This document shows positions 12,163 to 23,383 of a stretch of DNA of 64,000 nt, piece by piece. The stretch comes from Azolla caroliniana. Lineage: Eukaryota > Plantae > Polypodiophyta. The DNA is taken from positions 434,001-498,000 of the forward strand of contig JBHGNT010000004.1 of NCBI GenBank assembly GCA_043228905.1, in the 5' to 3' direction. Both the position numbers and the translations under genes were made by a program. How positions within the stretch are numbered: the first letter of the stretch is position 1; every line of letters starts with the position of its first letter. The notes beneath the pieces were generated by a model, which was not told the DNA's origin, ran no database searches, and was given only the letters and a program-made list of their open reading frames with translations.

Positions 12163-12235
12163 GAGGTGAGGAAGTTGGGGTTCGAACCCAAAACACAGTG
12201 CTTGTAGTGCTAACGACTTACCACTAGGGTAAGGT
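12163..12235 (-). other. Second tRNA-like head, opposite strand
   Basis: Minus strand reads TACCCTAGTGGTAAG...TTGGGTTCGAACCCCAA: degenerate A box and canonical B box GGTTCGAACCC in a T-arm-like hairpin. Confidence 0.5.
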
Positions 12236-12259
12236 AATTATGATAATAATAAAAAAGAG

Positions 12260-12495
12260 AGAGTGTGTGTGTGTCTGTGTGTAGTATCTTTGTAATTGTC
12301 TATGGATGAAGAAGAACTCAAGGTAGTTGCCTTAGAGTTTCTTATCGTATTCCTACTATAGTCATTTGTTTCGGAGTTTGTGGACTCTCGTGGTTTTTCC
12401 CTCTCAAGGGTTTCCATGTTAAAAGATCTTGTGTCTCTGTACTTTCCTTTCTTGTGTGCTGTTGTCTTGACCTTTTGCATCTCTCATTTGCACAT
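12260..12495 (+). repeat. Old LTR-like fragment hosting the main nest; probable continuation at 60227-60275 (ends ..GCTACA)
   Basis: Contains GTGGTTTTTCCC..GGGTTTCCATGT motif similar to the copia LTRs at 13127-13160 and 14174-14206; start not defined. Confidence 0.45.
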
Positions 12496-12954
12496 TGTCG
12501 TGAAGAAAACCGGCCCTAAGCGGAATCAAGGAGTTAAAGGTGTGAAACCGCCCTTTCATGGAAGTGCGTGAATTGACACAATTTATATAACTAGGGATAG
12601 GACGGCTGTTGTAAGTATACTAGGTATAAGATACTTATTAATGTTGGGAGACAGGTCCCTCCGGATGGGAAGGGAGAAGAACAGTGCCGATAAACAAACT
12701 CGGCCGAGGCCGATAGGCCGAGGCCTAAACCGGATGAGGAGTACTCGGCTACGGAGAGCCGGATGGTGTAGACCCGGTGAGAACCGGATGAAGAGACATA
12801 TTCGTAAATATGTTTTTCTGAGAGTTCATCGAGGCTATATTTGTAAATAGCTGAAAAGTCATATTAGTATAAATATGACTTAGGGCAAACTTTTAGAATG
12901 TTGTTGTTGTCATTTTCTGGTTGGTGCAAGAAGAAGAGTGAGTACGTAGCGTCG

Positions 12955-13005
<51 letters not shown>

Positions 13006-13648
13006 GTTGTTGCCTCTATTGTAACCGCCGCCTGTGGCGAAGATTGTGAACCCGAGGTCGTTGCCTCCATGGACTCATTGTTTTGTACATTACTTACATA
13101 GTGACAATTTGCAGCCTGTGGGCTGCCGTGGTTTTTCCCCTAGTTTGGGGTTTTCCACGTAAACCTCCTGTGTATTCTCTTCTTCTTCTTGTCGTGTTTA
13201 TTTCCCGTTCTCTGTGTATCATTCTAAACTCGGTTGTGGCCGAGCGTTGTGCATAAGGAGCGTTGAGTTCCTAACAATTAATAAGGAAATCGAAGCGTAT
13301 CTCTGTCCGGAGGGACAGAGAATAAAGTTGATATGTTTTGATGTAACGGCCTCCCGGGGCAACCTATAAAAGGGAGGGGAGAGGAAAGAGAAATTATCAC
13401 GTTTTGGGGGAAAAGAAGGAGGTGTTGTCGGACTGGGAACCGAGCTCTCTTCCTCTACCATCATTCTCTGCAGGGTCACCATCGTTGTAATTGTCACGGT
13501 TATTGTAATTGAATCTCTTATTTCGGTGTTATCTGTGTCGTCTGTGTTTTCGGGAGTGTCTTCTTTCACTTCTCCCGAGTGCGCTCCTCGATTGAGTCGG
13601 TATACGCGTTGGCGGTTCAATCAACGGGTAAGTGCCGCCAGTTGCTAG
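12496..13648 (+). repeat. 5' LTR of O (interrupted at 12642-13276 and at 13649; U5 end not seen)
   Basis: 12496-12641 and 13282-13648 match 58897-59260 and 59957-60108. Confidence 0.88.
12642..13276 (+). mobile_element. Solo copia LTR (635 bp), same family as B and C LTRs
   Basis: TGTTGG..CTAACA, 5-bp TSD ATTAA (12637-12641 / 13277-13281), empty site visible in the 3' LTR of O at ~59037; internal (GA)n 12958-12999. Confidence 0.92.
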
Positions 13649-15100
13649 TGTTGGTAGACAGGTCCCTCCGGATGGGAAGGGAGAAGAACAGTGCCGACGA
13701 ACAAACTCGGCCGAGGCCGAAACGGTATGAACCGGATGGGGAGAACCCGACTTCGGAGAGTCGGATGGTGTAGGCCCGGTATGAACCGGATGAGGAGTAC
13801 CCGACTGCGGAGAGTCGGATGGTGTAGGCCCGGTATGAACCGGATGAGGAGTACCCGACTGCGGAGAGCCGGATGGAGCCCATCGAGGCTACATTTGTAA
13901 ATAGCCAAAAAAGTCATATTAGTATAAATATGACTTAGGGCAAACTTTTAGTTTTTTTTGTAGTTGTCGTTTTTGTTGTGATTCGTTGTTGTTGGTGCAA
14001 GAAGAAATCAGAGCGCGTAACTGTACAGAGAGATAGAGAGAGAGAGAGACGAGGTCGTTGCCTCTGTTGTAACCGCCGCCTGTGGCGAAGATCTGAGAGC
14101 ACAAGGTCGTTGCCTCAGTGATCTCACTGTTGTATATTTCTGCATAGTGACAGTTTGCAGCTTGTGGGCTGCCGTGGTTTTTCCCCTATTTTGGGGTTTT
14201 CCACGTATACCTCCTGTGTACCATTTCTCTTCTTTTGTGTCGCGTTTCATTACCTGTTTTTCTGTGTATGAAAAGAATCTCGGTTGTGGCCGAGCGTCGG
14301 ACATAAGGAACGTCGAGTTCTCAACAAGTGGTATCAGAGCGAAATCGACACAGAAAATGGACGAATCGCTTGGCGGCATGTTCAAGCTCACCGACTCCAA
14401 CTATTCAGTGTGGAAGTCGAAGATGAGGGACATGCTCGTGGTTAAAGACCTCTGGCTGCCGGTTCAGTTCGGGGACAAGAGACCGGACAAAATCGACGCC
14501 GCGATATGGGAGGTGATGCACATGAAGACAACGGCGTACATACGGTGCTTCATCGACATGAGCCTGTACAACAACTTCAATGAAGAGAGCAAGGCTCATG
14601 AGCTCTGGGAGAAGATCGGCATGATGTTCCAGAACAAAAATGCTGTCAATCAGGCGTCGGTATTCCGGAAGCTTGTAAGACTCCGGTACCAAGATGGCTC
14701 CAGCATGGCGGAGCATATGAATGCCTTCCAGGGGCTGACTCACCAGGCAACGTCATTGGAAGTACCTCTTGTCGATGAGGTCCTAGCGCTACTCCTGCTC
14801 GGTTCCCTCCCGGATAGCTGGGAGACGTTGGTTGTTACTTTGGGCAACGCCGGGCCGGAAGGAAAACGGTTATCCCTAGCAAGAGTAAAGTCGAGCTTGC
14901 TAGATGAGGAGGCTCGTCGGAAAGACAAAGATACGAGCTCCGACTCCAAAGCGCTCCTTACCGAATCAGAACGCGGAAGACATAGAAACCGTAGTCCCCA
15001 GAACCGGGAGAAGTCGGGGGACACGATCAAAGTCAAGGGGGAGGCCTACTTGCTTCTATTGCGGCAAGCCGGGACACTTCCAAAAGAACTGTCGGCATTT
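13649..15100 (+). mobile_element. Element B: 5' part of a copia element (LTR 13649-14326, PBS 14329-14340, gag), cut by assembly gap
   Basis: TGTTGG..TCAACA LTR similar to 12642-13276, TGGTATCAGAGC PBS, Gag ORF follows. Confidence 0.9.
14357..15100 (+). pseudogene. gag: Copia Gag of B with a frameshift near 15010-15025 before the zinc knuckle
   Basis: KLTDSNYSVWKSKMRDML, LLLGSLPDSWETLV; CFYCGKPGHFQKNC lies in a different frame. Confidence 0.8.
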
Positions 15101-15200
15101 NNNNNNNNNNNNNNNNNNNNNNNNNNNNNNNNNNNNNNNNNNNNNNNNNNNNNNNNNNNNNNNNNNNNNNNNNNNNNNNNNNNNNNNNNNNNNNNNNNNN
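15101..15200. other. Assembly gap (100 N)
   Basis: Run of N; sequence on either side belongs to different elements and strands. Confidence 1.
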
Positions 15201-17129
15201 ACCCGTTTGTCTTCAACCAGAGCCTCGTAGTTCTGGCAAGCTGCTCTACGAAACCCGTCTTTTCTTCGACCGGGTCACTCCACCCGGTTACCTCCTGGAC
15301 CCGCTTCTCCGCGCGGTCCGCCTCGACTCTCTTTAGTCGGGCACCGGCGAGGCCTTCCAGCACCGTCGGCCAGAACCCGGCTTTGCTCTCCTTCCGGGCC
15401 TCCCTGCCTCCGACCCGAATACCAGCTGACGCTGAGTAGTGGACGGTCTCCGTGTGTCGGGCTGCCACCTCTTCCATCAGCCTTTTCATTCCTCCTCGCC
15501 CATCGTTTTGGTTCAGGGCCCTCCGGGTATCGCTAGCGTGCACCCGACCTTCCCACATGTACACTACCCGGCTTCTCAAAGCCTCCATAAAGTCCCCGCA
15601 GTCTTTCTGGATGTGGCCGACCTCATCGCACCACATGCACCTACTTCCTGCCGGAGGCCGTCGGTCACGAGCCTGATCGCTGCCTTCCCTCCGAGCCTGG
15701 GCGATCTAAAGATCCTTTACCGCTCGTGTCAACTCCTCCAGAGTTGTTCCCCCGGACGAGCCTCTGATCACGCCGGTCGAAGACGAACCGGTTTCGAGCC
15801 ACTCCCTGGTCTCTTCCCTTCGCGCCTGTGGTATCGGTTCGAGCTTCCTTGCTGCGACAGGTCCCGCCCCGGTCGGCTCTGTATCAGCCCACTCCCACCG
15901 TTTGTCAAAACAGCCGCAGACTCTTTTTACCGCGGCCCAGTCGGCCGTCAGCCCGTCTTCGGTTTCCAGTAAGGAGCCAACTTGCCCCCGATCCCGTGCG
16001 TCAACCGATTTGACAAACGTAGGACACGACTTGTGTCCAGAATGGTCCGATCGAGCACCGAAAGGCGCGCAAAGCGTTCCTCAAACTCTCGGAGGAGTAC
16101 CGACGCATTCTTCCTTAGTTGGGGGACTCCACCCACTTCATGAAGCCCCGCTTCGAAAGTCGAAGCGCGTCATCCAGCCCGTATTTCTCCAGGAGCCGTC
16201 CTTCGAACTCCTCCCAGGTACGGCTCTCTGCCCGGACCTCGAGCACCTCCACATGGATGCTCGGCATCGCCACTCGAGGGAATCCGGCAAGACGCCTCTC
16301 TTCCGGAATATCCCTCATCAACATCTCCGCCCGGTAGGACGCCAAATAACTCGTGGCATCCTTTCGACTGAACCGGCCGATCATACCGACGATCGCCTCA
16401 ATAGCCTTGTCAAGGGCACCGGTGCCCTCGCGCGCGCTCACTATCCGGTCCACGGCCGAAGCCATAACCTCTGCAAGATCCGACCCCCTCATCTTCTACT
16501 CCTCTGCCGCCTTGTTTCATGTCGGGTTCACCAAATATGTCGCGTTGTTACGCGCGTGCGTGGAGAAACGAGGCGGGACCACCGGGGTCTTGAACCGAAG
16601 AGCAAGTGATAGAAGGGGAAAGAGAAAGAGAGAGACGCCCGGTCACGTCTGAGCAAAGAAACACAGGGGGCACGGCCCGTCAACATAGAAGACGCGAATG
16701 GACACAAAGACAAGGAGACACAAGTGTTTGTATATTAACGAATATCAAATACACAACAGAGCACGCGAGCGGTTACAACCGAACAGGCCGGCGAACATAT
16801 GTCGATGCCTGTTCTTCTGCGCATGAAAGGAGGAAAGGGTGGAGGTGCTGCCGAAAGCACACGAGCGTTCCTCGAAGCAGCGCGAGCCTCCCGAAACCTT
16901 GCAGAGAAGAGCGATGGAGAACGAACAGAGGAGAAGCGTTCGGTTCCGGTCCGACAGCACTTCGTCCTCCTTAATCCGCGATCCCTTTCTCCCCGCGTCT
17001 CCCTCTCCTTTATAGCTTCAAGAAGGGAGCCGTCTCCCTCATTTACTTCCTACCTACCGAATCTAACTACCCCCGGATATGCCTATGTACTTAATTCCCT
17101 ATTATATACATTAAAGGGCGCGCACGCGT
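15201..17129 (-). mobile_element. Element H: Ty3/gypsy fragment (frameshifted gag 15201-~16492, tRNA-Trp PBS 16516-16533, partial 5' LTR 16538-17129)
   Basis: MRGSDLAEVMASAVDRIV and CMWCDEVGHIQKDC match Gag of F; PBS TGGTGAACCCGACATGAA; LTR end ..AACGCGACA. Confidence 0.85.
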
Positions 17130-17573
17130 TGTCGTGAAGAATTTTGGCCAAAGGCGGAAACCGGGAAACATCGGCGGGGTGCAACGTGTGTACGCACCCA
17201 TGTACATTTAGTGTGAATATTGAGGGCGCCTTTATGGCGCCGAAGAGTAGTCAAGTTGGGGCAGACAATCCCATGTAAGGCGGGATTTGTCCCACGTTGT
17301 AGCGCATCCCTTTCCTTGTTCTATAAAAGGAAGGGAACGCCCTTTGTGAGAGGGTTGCCCATTTTGCATTAGAGGGTATACCATTAGGTCTAGAGTTAGG
17401 TTTTCTGGTTCTCCTTCTTCTCCCCCCTTCATGTTCTGCTTAGGGTTTGCTTGGCGGCCTCCTGTGCAAGACCCCGCTCGGCGCGACGAGCCGAGAGCTC
17501 CCCGACGGCGGCTTGGCAGCAGACGACTACTGTAACCTATCTCGGTCTGGCTCGAAGCCGGGAATGTATTCTT

Positions 17574-17633
<60 letters not shown>

Positions 17634-17955
17634 CGTTTGCCTGTGTATATTCGCGTCGTTGTTGGTGTCGGGTGCTTAACCTTTCCTGCGTTTTCTGTAC
17701 ATAAGGCGTGAGCCGGGTTGGGCTACGTGTGTGTGTGCGTGTGTGTGCGTGAGTCGGTGTTAAGCACGCTCACTCTCTCCTTCTCCCTTCGGTTGCTTCC
17801 GGTGTGTTTCTGGGATGCCCCAGGAACGGTGAAGCACGACCTCCTACACTCCATCACTCCCTTGTCCAAGACCCCCATGGTCCCGCCTTTCTCCACGCAC
17901 GCGCGTAATAAAGCAACATATTTGGTGAACCCGACGTGAAAGGCGGCAAGGGAGG

Positions 17956-19092
17956 ATGGAGTCGGAAGACGACGACCTTGAGGAGATGGTGGCTGAAGTG
18001 ATGTTGGAGTCGGCACGAGTGGTGATGAAGCGAGAAGCAGCGCAACAAGCGGTTGAGTGAGTGGTCGAAAGAGTCGGCCGTTTCAACGGGGACAAAGTCC
18101 CACCTTACTTGGAAGCCTACAACGCGGAAATGGAGGAGCGTGGCGTAGACGAGGCGTTGAGGCTGAAGTTCTTCTGTCGGGTCGTGGCTGTCCGGATACA
18201 TGCGGAAATAAAGGAGCTCCGTGAGGCTCATAGTTCGTGGGAGGCCTTCGAAGAGGCGTTCCTGAAGGCATACGGAGGACGGCGGAAGAGATGGGGACGA
18301 CACGACTTCGACCAGTGGGTGGCATCGGCAAAAACCCACCGGGGCGCGACGAAGGCGTTCCGGGAGTTCGAGCGACGGCTTGCTCGGCTCCCAGAGCGGG
18401 AACAAGGTTTGGTGGGGGCGGACAAAGTCCTTTTGTTCGTCAGGTCGATCGATCGAGCGGAACGGGAAGCCATCGGGATTGAACTCGAAGACGATGATGG
18501 AGCGAATGGGCTTACGGAGGACTGGTCGAAGGTTGGAAGGGTATGCCAACGGCTAGATGATGAGCGAGCCGAAAGGGCTAAGAGGAAGGGGCGCAACGAC
18601 GTGCCATCACAGCGGGAAGAGGCCGAACGGCAAAGAGAGTCGGCAAGGGTCGGCATTGGGGCCAGGATTGCGGAGGCGTACGCAGCTCTCGAGGCGATGC
18701 TCGAGGAAGAGGAAAGACGGAGGCCGCAATCCGAGACTGAGAAGACGGACTTGCCCCACGCGACGGCGGAAGATCGGTACCACGGTACCACGGGAGAGGG
18801 TGCGGAACGAAACGCCATCTCGACTTGCGGAGATAGAACGGCCAAGGACGAGGCCGAGATACAGATCGTGGAACCGGAACGTTGGGACAAGCGGTTCCGT
18901 GCGTGTCAGCCCAAGATCCCAGTCACGGGAGAAGCGAACCCAGACGGGGCTTGCGCGATCGATAGGAAGACGACCGCCGACCACGAAGAGTTGGTGGCTA
19001 CAGACAAGGGCGTAAAACAGACGGGCGATTCTCTGAGTCTTCCCACACTTGCTCCCGAGACGTTGGCAGTCGGGCCCGAGTGCCCTACGTGA
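17956..19092 (+). pseudogene. gag: Gag-like ORF of I (premature TGA at 18058-18060)
   Basis: ATG 17956 in frame with ORF 18061..19092; VGRFNGDKVPPYLEAY..LFVRSID..LTEDW homologous to F Gag; no zinc knuckle or protease. Confidence 0.75.
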
Positions 19093-19882
19093 GTCCCAAG
19101 CGGAGGAAGGCGGCAGCAAAAGGCCAAGAATCACCGGTGTCGAGGTATTCCTCGCGGATGAGTGGAATGGGGCAGGACCTCGGGGGTCTTGTACCGAAGA
19201 GCAAGAGAAAAGGGAGAAGGGAACCCACTACGTGCGAGCGTAGATTCGCAGGGACACGGCCCTTCGACACAAAGACGCGAGTGGGACAGCGACACAGATA
19301 GACACGAATGTATGTATGTATTAACAAAGACAAACAACAAGAACACGAAGTCGGTTACAACCAAACAGGCCGGCGAACAGATGCCGATGCCTGTTCGTAA
19401 ACGCACAGAAAGAAAGGAGTAGGTTGGAGGTGTTGCCGGAAGCACTCGGGCATTCCTCAGAGCAGCGCGAGCCTCCCGAAACCTACGCAGAAAGAAGCTA
19501 TGGAGTTTGGAGGAGAGAGAAGCCTTCAGCCCACAATCCGACAGCACTTCGTCCTCTCTTCCTTCCCTCCCCCTTCACGTCCTCGTCTCCCTCCTTTTTA
19601 TAGGCAAGAAAGGAGCCGTTTCCTATTAACTTTCTTCCTACCGAATCTACCTACCTAGGATCTCCCATGTCCCTAATTCTCTCCTATGTACAACACAAGG
19701 CGTACGTGCATGAAGAGCCGGTTCCTATGCCCCGGTGCACCGATTCCGCTTGTGGACCGTTTTCTTCACGACATCCGCCCCCACCTAACCACGCATCCAC
19801 CGGCATGCACCAAATTGAGTTGGGACGGAGAAAACCGGTCCAGCCTACATTCCCCGCCCGTCGGTTCTTCCTCGGTTTCGGA

Positions 19883-21769
19883 TCATTCGTCGTTCCGGTC
19901 CAGGTTAACCGGATCCGGCTCGTCGTCGTGACGCTTCTTGAACGCTTTGATCCGCTTCCCAGCTACCGGTATCGCCATTCTCGTGCCATCGAGTTCCGCC
20001 AGATGGTACGTCCCGTTGTCATTGGCGCTTTGTACCACGTAAGGCTCGAACCACCTTCTTGCGAACTTCCGTGTCGCTCGGTGCTGGTTGTCGAGGCTGC
20101 TGTCGTAGACTAGCACCCAGTCGCCTTCCTCGATCTTCTTCGGTCGGAGCCGGTGCGGTTGGTCGAACCGGGCTTTGTTCCTCATCCTTGCTTCCCGAAG
20201 CTTTTCCGCAGCCTGCTCCACGTCCTCCGGTCTTCGCTCGAGCTGTCGTATGCGTGCCGCCAACAGTTCCTCCCGGTTCATCTCGTCTCTCCAGGCCACG
20301 GTTGCCCATGAGGAGATCGTACGTTCCATCGGCATGATCGGCTTCTGCCCAAACTTGCGCTCTATCGGCATGAATCCGGTTACCGAACTGTGCATAGTTC
20401 GGTCCGCCCACAACGCGTAAGGCAGCAGCCGCGGCCAGTTCCCGACTTGACCTCCGCATGCCCGAACTAACGCCTTGACGATCAGTGCGTGTTCACGCTC
20501 CACCTTTCCATTCGCCTCCGGATTGTACGCAGTGGTAAGCGAAAGCTTGACTCCTAGTTGGTCGAACAGCTCCTCGGCCTCTTCGGCATCCAACTCCCCG
20601 CGATCAGCCACGATCTTCCCGACGCACCCGTACCGACATATCACATCCTCGATCAGGAACCGACATACGGCCGCGGTCGTTTTGTTCTGAAGGGCTCGGC
20701 CTTCCACCTGGTTCGTCAGATCTTCCCGAGCCAAGACCAGGTACCACATCTGTCCTACTCCCATCGGCATCGTCACCAGGTCTACCATCCATTTGAAGTG
20801 GATGGTCGGAGGGTACGTAGGGTGAAGCTCGTCCCGATGTCGGACCACAGAGTGCATCAGACAGCTCTCGCAAGTTGTCACGAACCGATGCACGTCCCGG
20901 TACAGTCCCGGCCACCAATACTTCCCCTTTATCTTCTCGAACGTGGCCCACGTTCCACGGGGTCCAGCCCAAGGGTTGTCGTGGTAGGCCGTCAGCAGCT
21001 CCTCCTGTTCTTCCTTCATCGCCACCACCTGGAGCGGGGCGCCGTTCCTCTTCTTCGGGTGCTTCCATAAGCATCCGTCCCGGAGAAAGAATCGGTAAGC
21101 TTTCTTCCGGATCCGGTTAGCCTCGTCCTTCGTCCATGACGCATCCGGTGTCATTGTCCTCAAAAATCCACCGATCTGGAGCCACTCGCCGTCATACTTG
21201 CTCTCGTCGAAGTCGTTAAGTGCCGGAGTGCTCGTCCCATCGGTCGTCACGTACGCCGCCTCGAAGAAGTCCACGCCGACTTCTTCGTCCTCCGAAACCA
21301 TGCCGCCCTCGTCATCAAACCTCGCCCTCGAAAGCATGTCGGCCATGGCGTTGTCCTTCCCGGAAATGTGCCGTATTTCCGGATCCAGGGACTTGATGTA
21401 CGTTATCCACCCGAGGATCGCCAGGTCCGGTGTCGCGCATCCGGAAACCATGCCGAGAATTGGCAGGCAATCCGTCTCGATAATCACTTCCGTCCCGATC
21501 AGGTAGTCTTTGTCGGCCTTTACTGCCGAAAAGATACCCCAGAGTTCGCGTTTAACCTGGGCGTACCCTCGCTGTCGCTCACTGAGGACCTTCGCGCCGA
21601 ATCGGATCGGGAACCGAATGTCGTCCCCGTCTTCTTGGTTGACGACCTATCCGATCCCGGTCGGACTCGTATCCACCGTTATGTATACCGGGGTACCCTT
21701 CTTGTAGACAGCCTTCCGGAGCGCCGGTGCTGCCGCAAGAGCTTCCTTCAGCTTCCGGACTGACTCCGT
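19883..21769 (-). pseudogene. pol: RNase H-integrase remnant of J
   Basis: VDTSPTGIG*, ETDCLP, NAMADMLSR, YWWPGLYRDV..TCESC, KWMVDLV, VADRGE, YNPEANGKVER; highly similar to F Pol. Confidence 0.88.
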
Positions 21770-22348
21770 TGTCGTGAAGATTTTCGTCCATAGGCGGAAA
21801 CCGGGGTGGAAGGGGCAAGTCGGTGGTGTGCAACATGTGCACATGTATACTAGGATATGGTGTATAGAAAGAGAGGGGAAATTTTCGTCCCACATTGTAA
21901 GGTCCCTCCCTCCTTGGGCTATAAAAGGAGGGGAGGGGTCACTTATGAGGGGGTTGCCTATTTTGTGCGAGTAAGGTATACCACTTAGTCGAGGGTTCTC
22001 CCTCTTCCCATTTCGTTTTAGGGTTAGGGTTTCGGTTAGGGTTTTCTTCTTGGGTTTCCCTCTAGGGTTTTCGGATAGTCATTTTGGTGCGGCCATGGCG
22101 GCCACCACTGTTGTAACCGTTCGTTGTTTTAACATAACTTGTTGAACATCTTGCCTCCGCGGATCTCTCCTTCAATGTCGTGGTCTTATTCTTTCCTCTT
22201 CTCCTCTTGAGCTAAGCCTCCATATCATGTCCTATTCTTTCTCCTCCACTCCCTAGTCCAAGACCCCCGCGGTCCCGCCCCTTCTACACGCACACGCGTA
22301 ACAACGCGACATCTTTGGTGAACCCGACGTGAAGGGTGGCAAGGGAGC

Positions 22349-23383
22349 ATGGAGATGGAAGAAGACTTGGACTTCGAGGAGATGATGGCAAAAATCGTGA
22401 TGGAAGCCGGACGGAAGATGGCGAAGCGAGATGCGGCTCAACAAGCCGTCGAAAGGGTGGTCGATCGAGTCGGCCGATTCAAGGGGGACGATGTCCCAAG
22501 GTTCTTGGAAGCGTATGATGCCGAGATGGCGAAAGGGGGCGTGGACGAGGAGATGCGGCTAGAGTATTTTCCTCGAGTGGCGGCCGCAACGGTGCACAAG
22601 GAGGTCAAGGAGCTACGAGAAGCTCACGAGTCGTGGGTGTCCTTGAAGGTAGCCCTATTGGAAGCGTGCGGATACGTGGAACCGGAGTGGGTATGCCGGC
22701 AACCCGATGGGGAGCGGTCGGCAACAACGTGGCCCGCGAGCGGCAGAGAAGAGAGAGCGGCGAGTGAGTACGCACTACCGCCGGAAGAGAGCTCAATGCA
22801 AAACGGTTCGGAGGAGCTCGACCTAGAAGCTCTAATACGAGAGGCATGCGAGCTTGTGAAGGAGAAAATCGGAGCCGAAGAAGGGCTTGTTATGGAGACG
22901 GGCCGGAGGCGATCGGAGGATGCGGAGGAAGAAGCCTCCCTAGATGTAGAAGACGGGGCCTATACGGAGGCCGGGAGAGCGTACGACGGCGAGATAAGAG
23001 AGGGTGCGGAGCAAGCGACCCTCTTGCCTTGCGGTGAAGGGACGGCCATGGAGGCCGGTAACTACGGATTCGGGACATGGCGGCCCAAAACATTGAGTGA
23101 GGAGCGAACAAGCGGCGGTGCCGCGACCTTACACACACCGGTCCTAGAGACTCTGGCATCCAGCCCGAGAGCCGGTGTGAGACCTAGAGTGACGGACGGT
23201 GGCGGCGGCAAGGCGGGCAACCGAGACGACGGCATGGGAGAGATGGTGGCAAGCGTAATCGAGGCTTGCGGAATCGGAGATGGGGTAGCCGCGGACAACG
23301 ACGAACGGACGGAAGCGGCTACTGACACAACGAGTGGCGGTGCCGGGTCCTTACCCACACCGGTCCTAGAGGCTCCGGCGTGA
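22349..23383 (+). CDS. Gag N-terminal domain fused to an acidic low-complexity region (K ORF part 1)
   Basis: ATG 16 nt after PBS; VGRFKGDDVPRFLEAYDAEM..FPRVA..VKELREAHESW matches family Gag. Confidence 0.6.
   Translation: MEMEEDLDFEEMMAKIVMEAGRKMAKRDAAQQAVERVVDRVGRFKGDDVPRFLEAYDAEMAKGGVDEEMRLEYFPRVAAATVHKEVKELREAHESWVSLKVALLEACGYVEPEWVCRQPDGERSATTWPASGREERAASEYALPPEESSMQNGSEELDLEALIREACELVKEKIGAEEGLVMETGRRRSEDAEEEASLDVEDGAYTEAGRAYDGEIREGAEQATLLPCGEGTAMEAGNYGFGTWRPKTLSEERTSGGAATLHTPVLETLASSPRAGVRPRVTDGGGGKAGNRDDGMGEMVASVIEACGIGDGVAADNDERTEAATDTTSGGAGSLPTPVLEAPA

Noticed and set aside
12046-12235. Functional tRNA genes
   Set aside because: No convincing anticodon stem-loop or complete cloverleaf; kept only as tRNA-like heads
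14147-15439. 430-aa ORF and other ORFs spanning the N run
   Set aside because: Artefact of translating through the gap; the two sides are different elements on opposite strands
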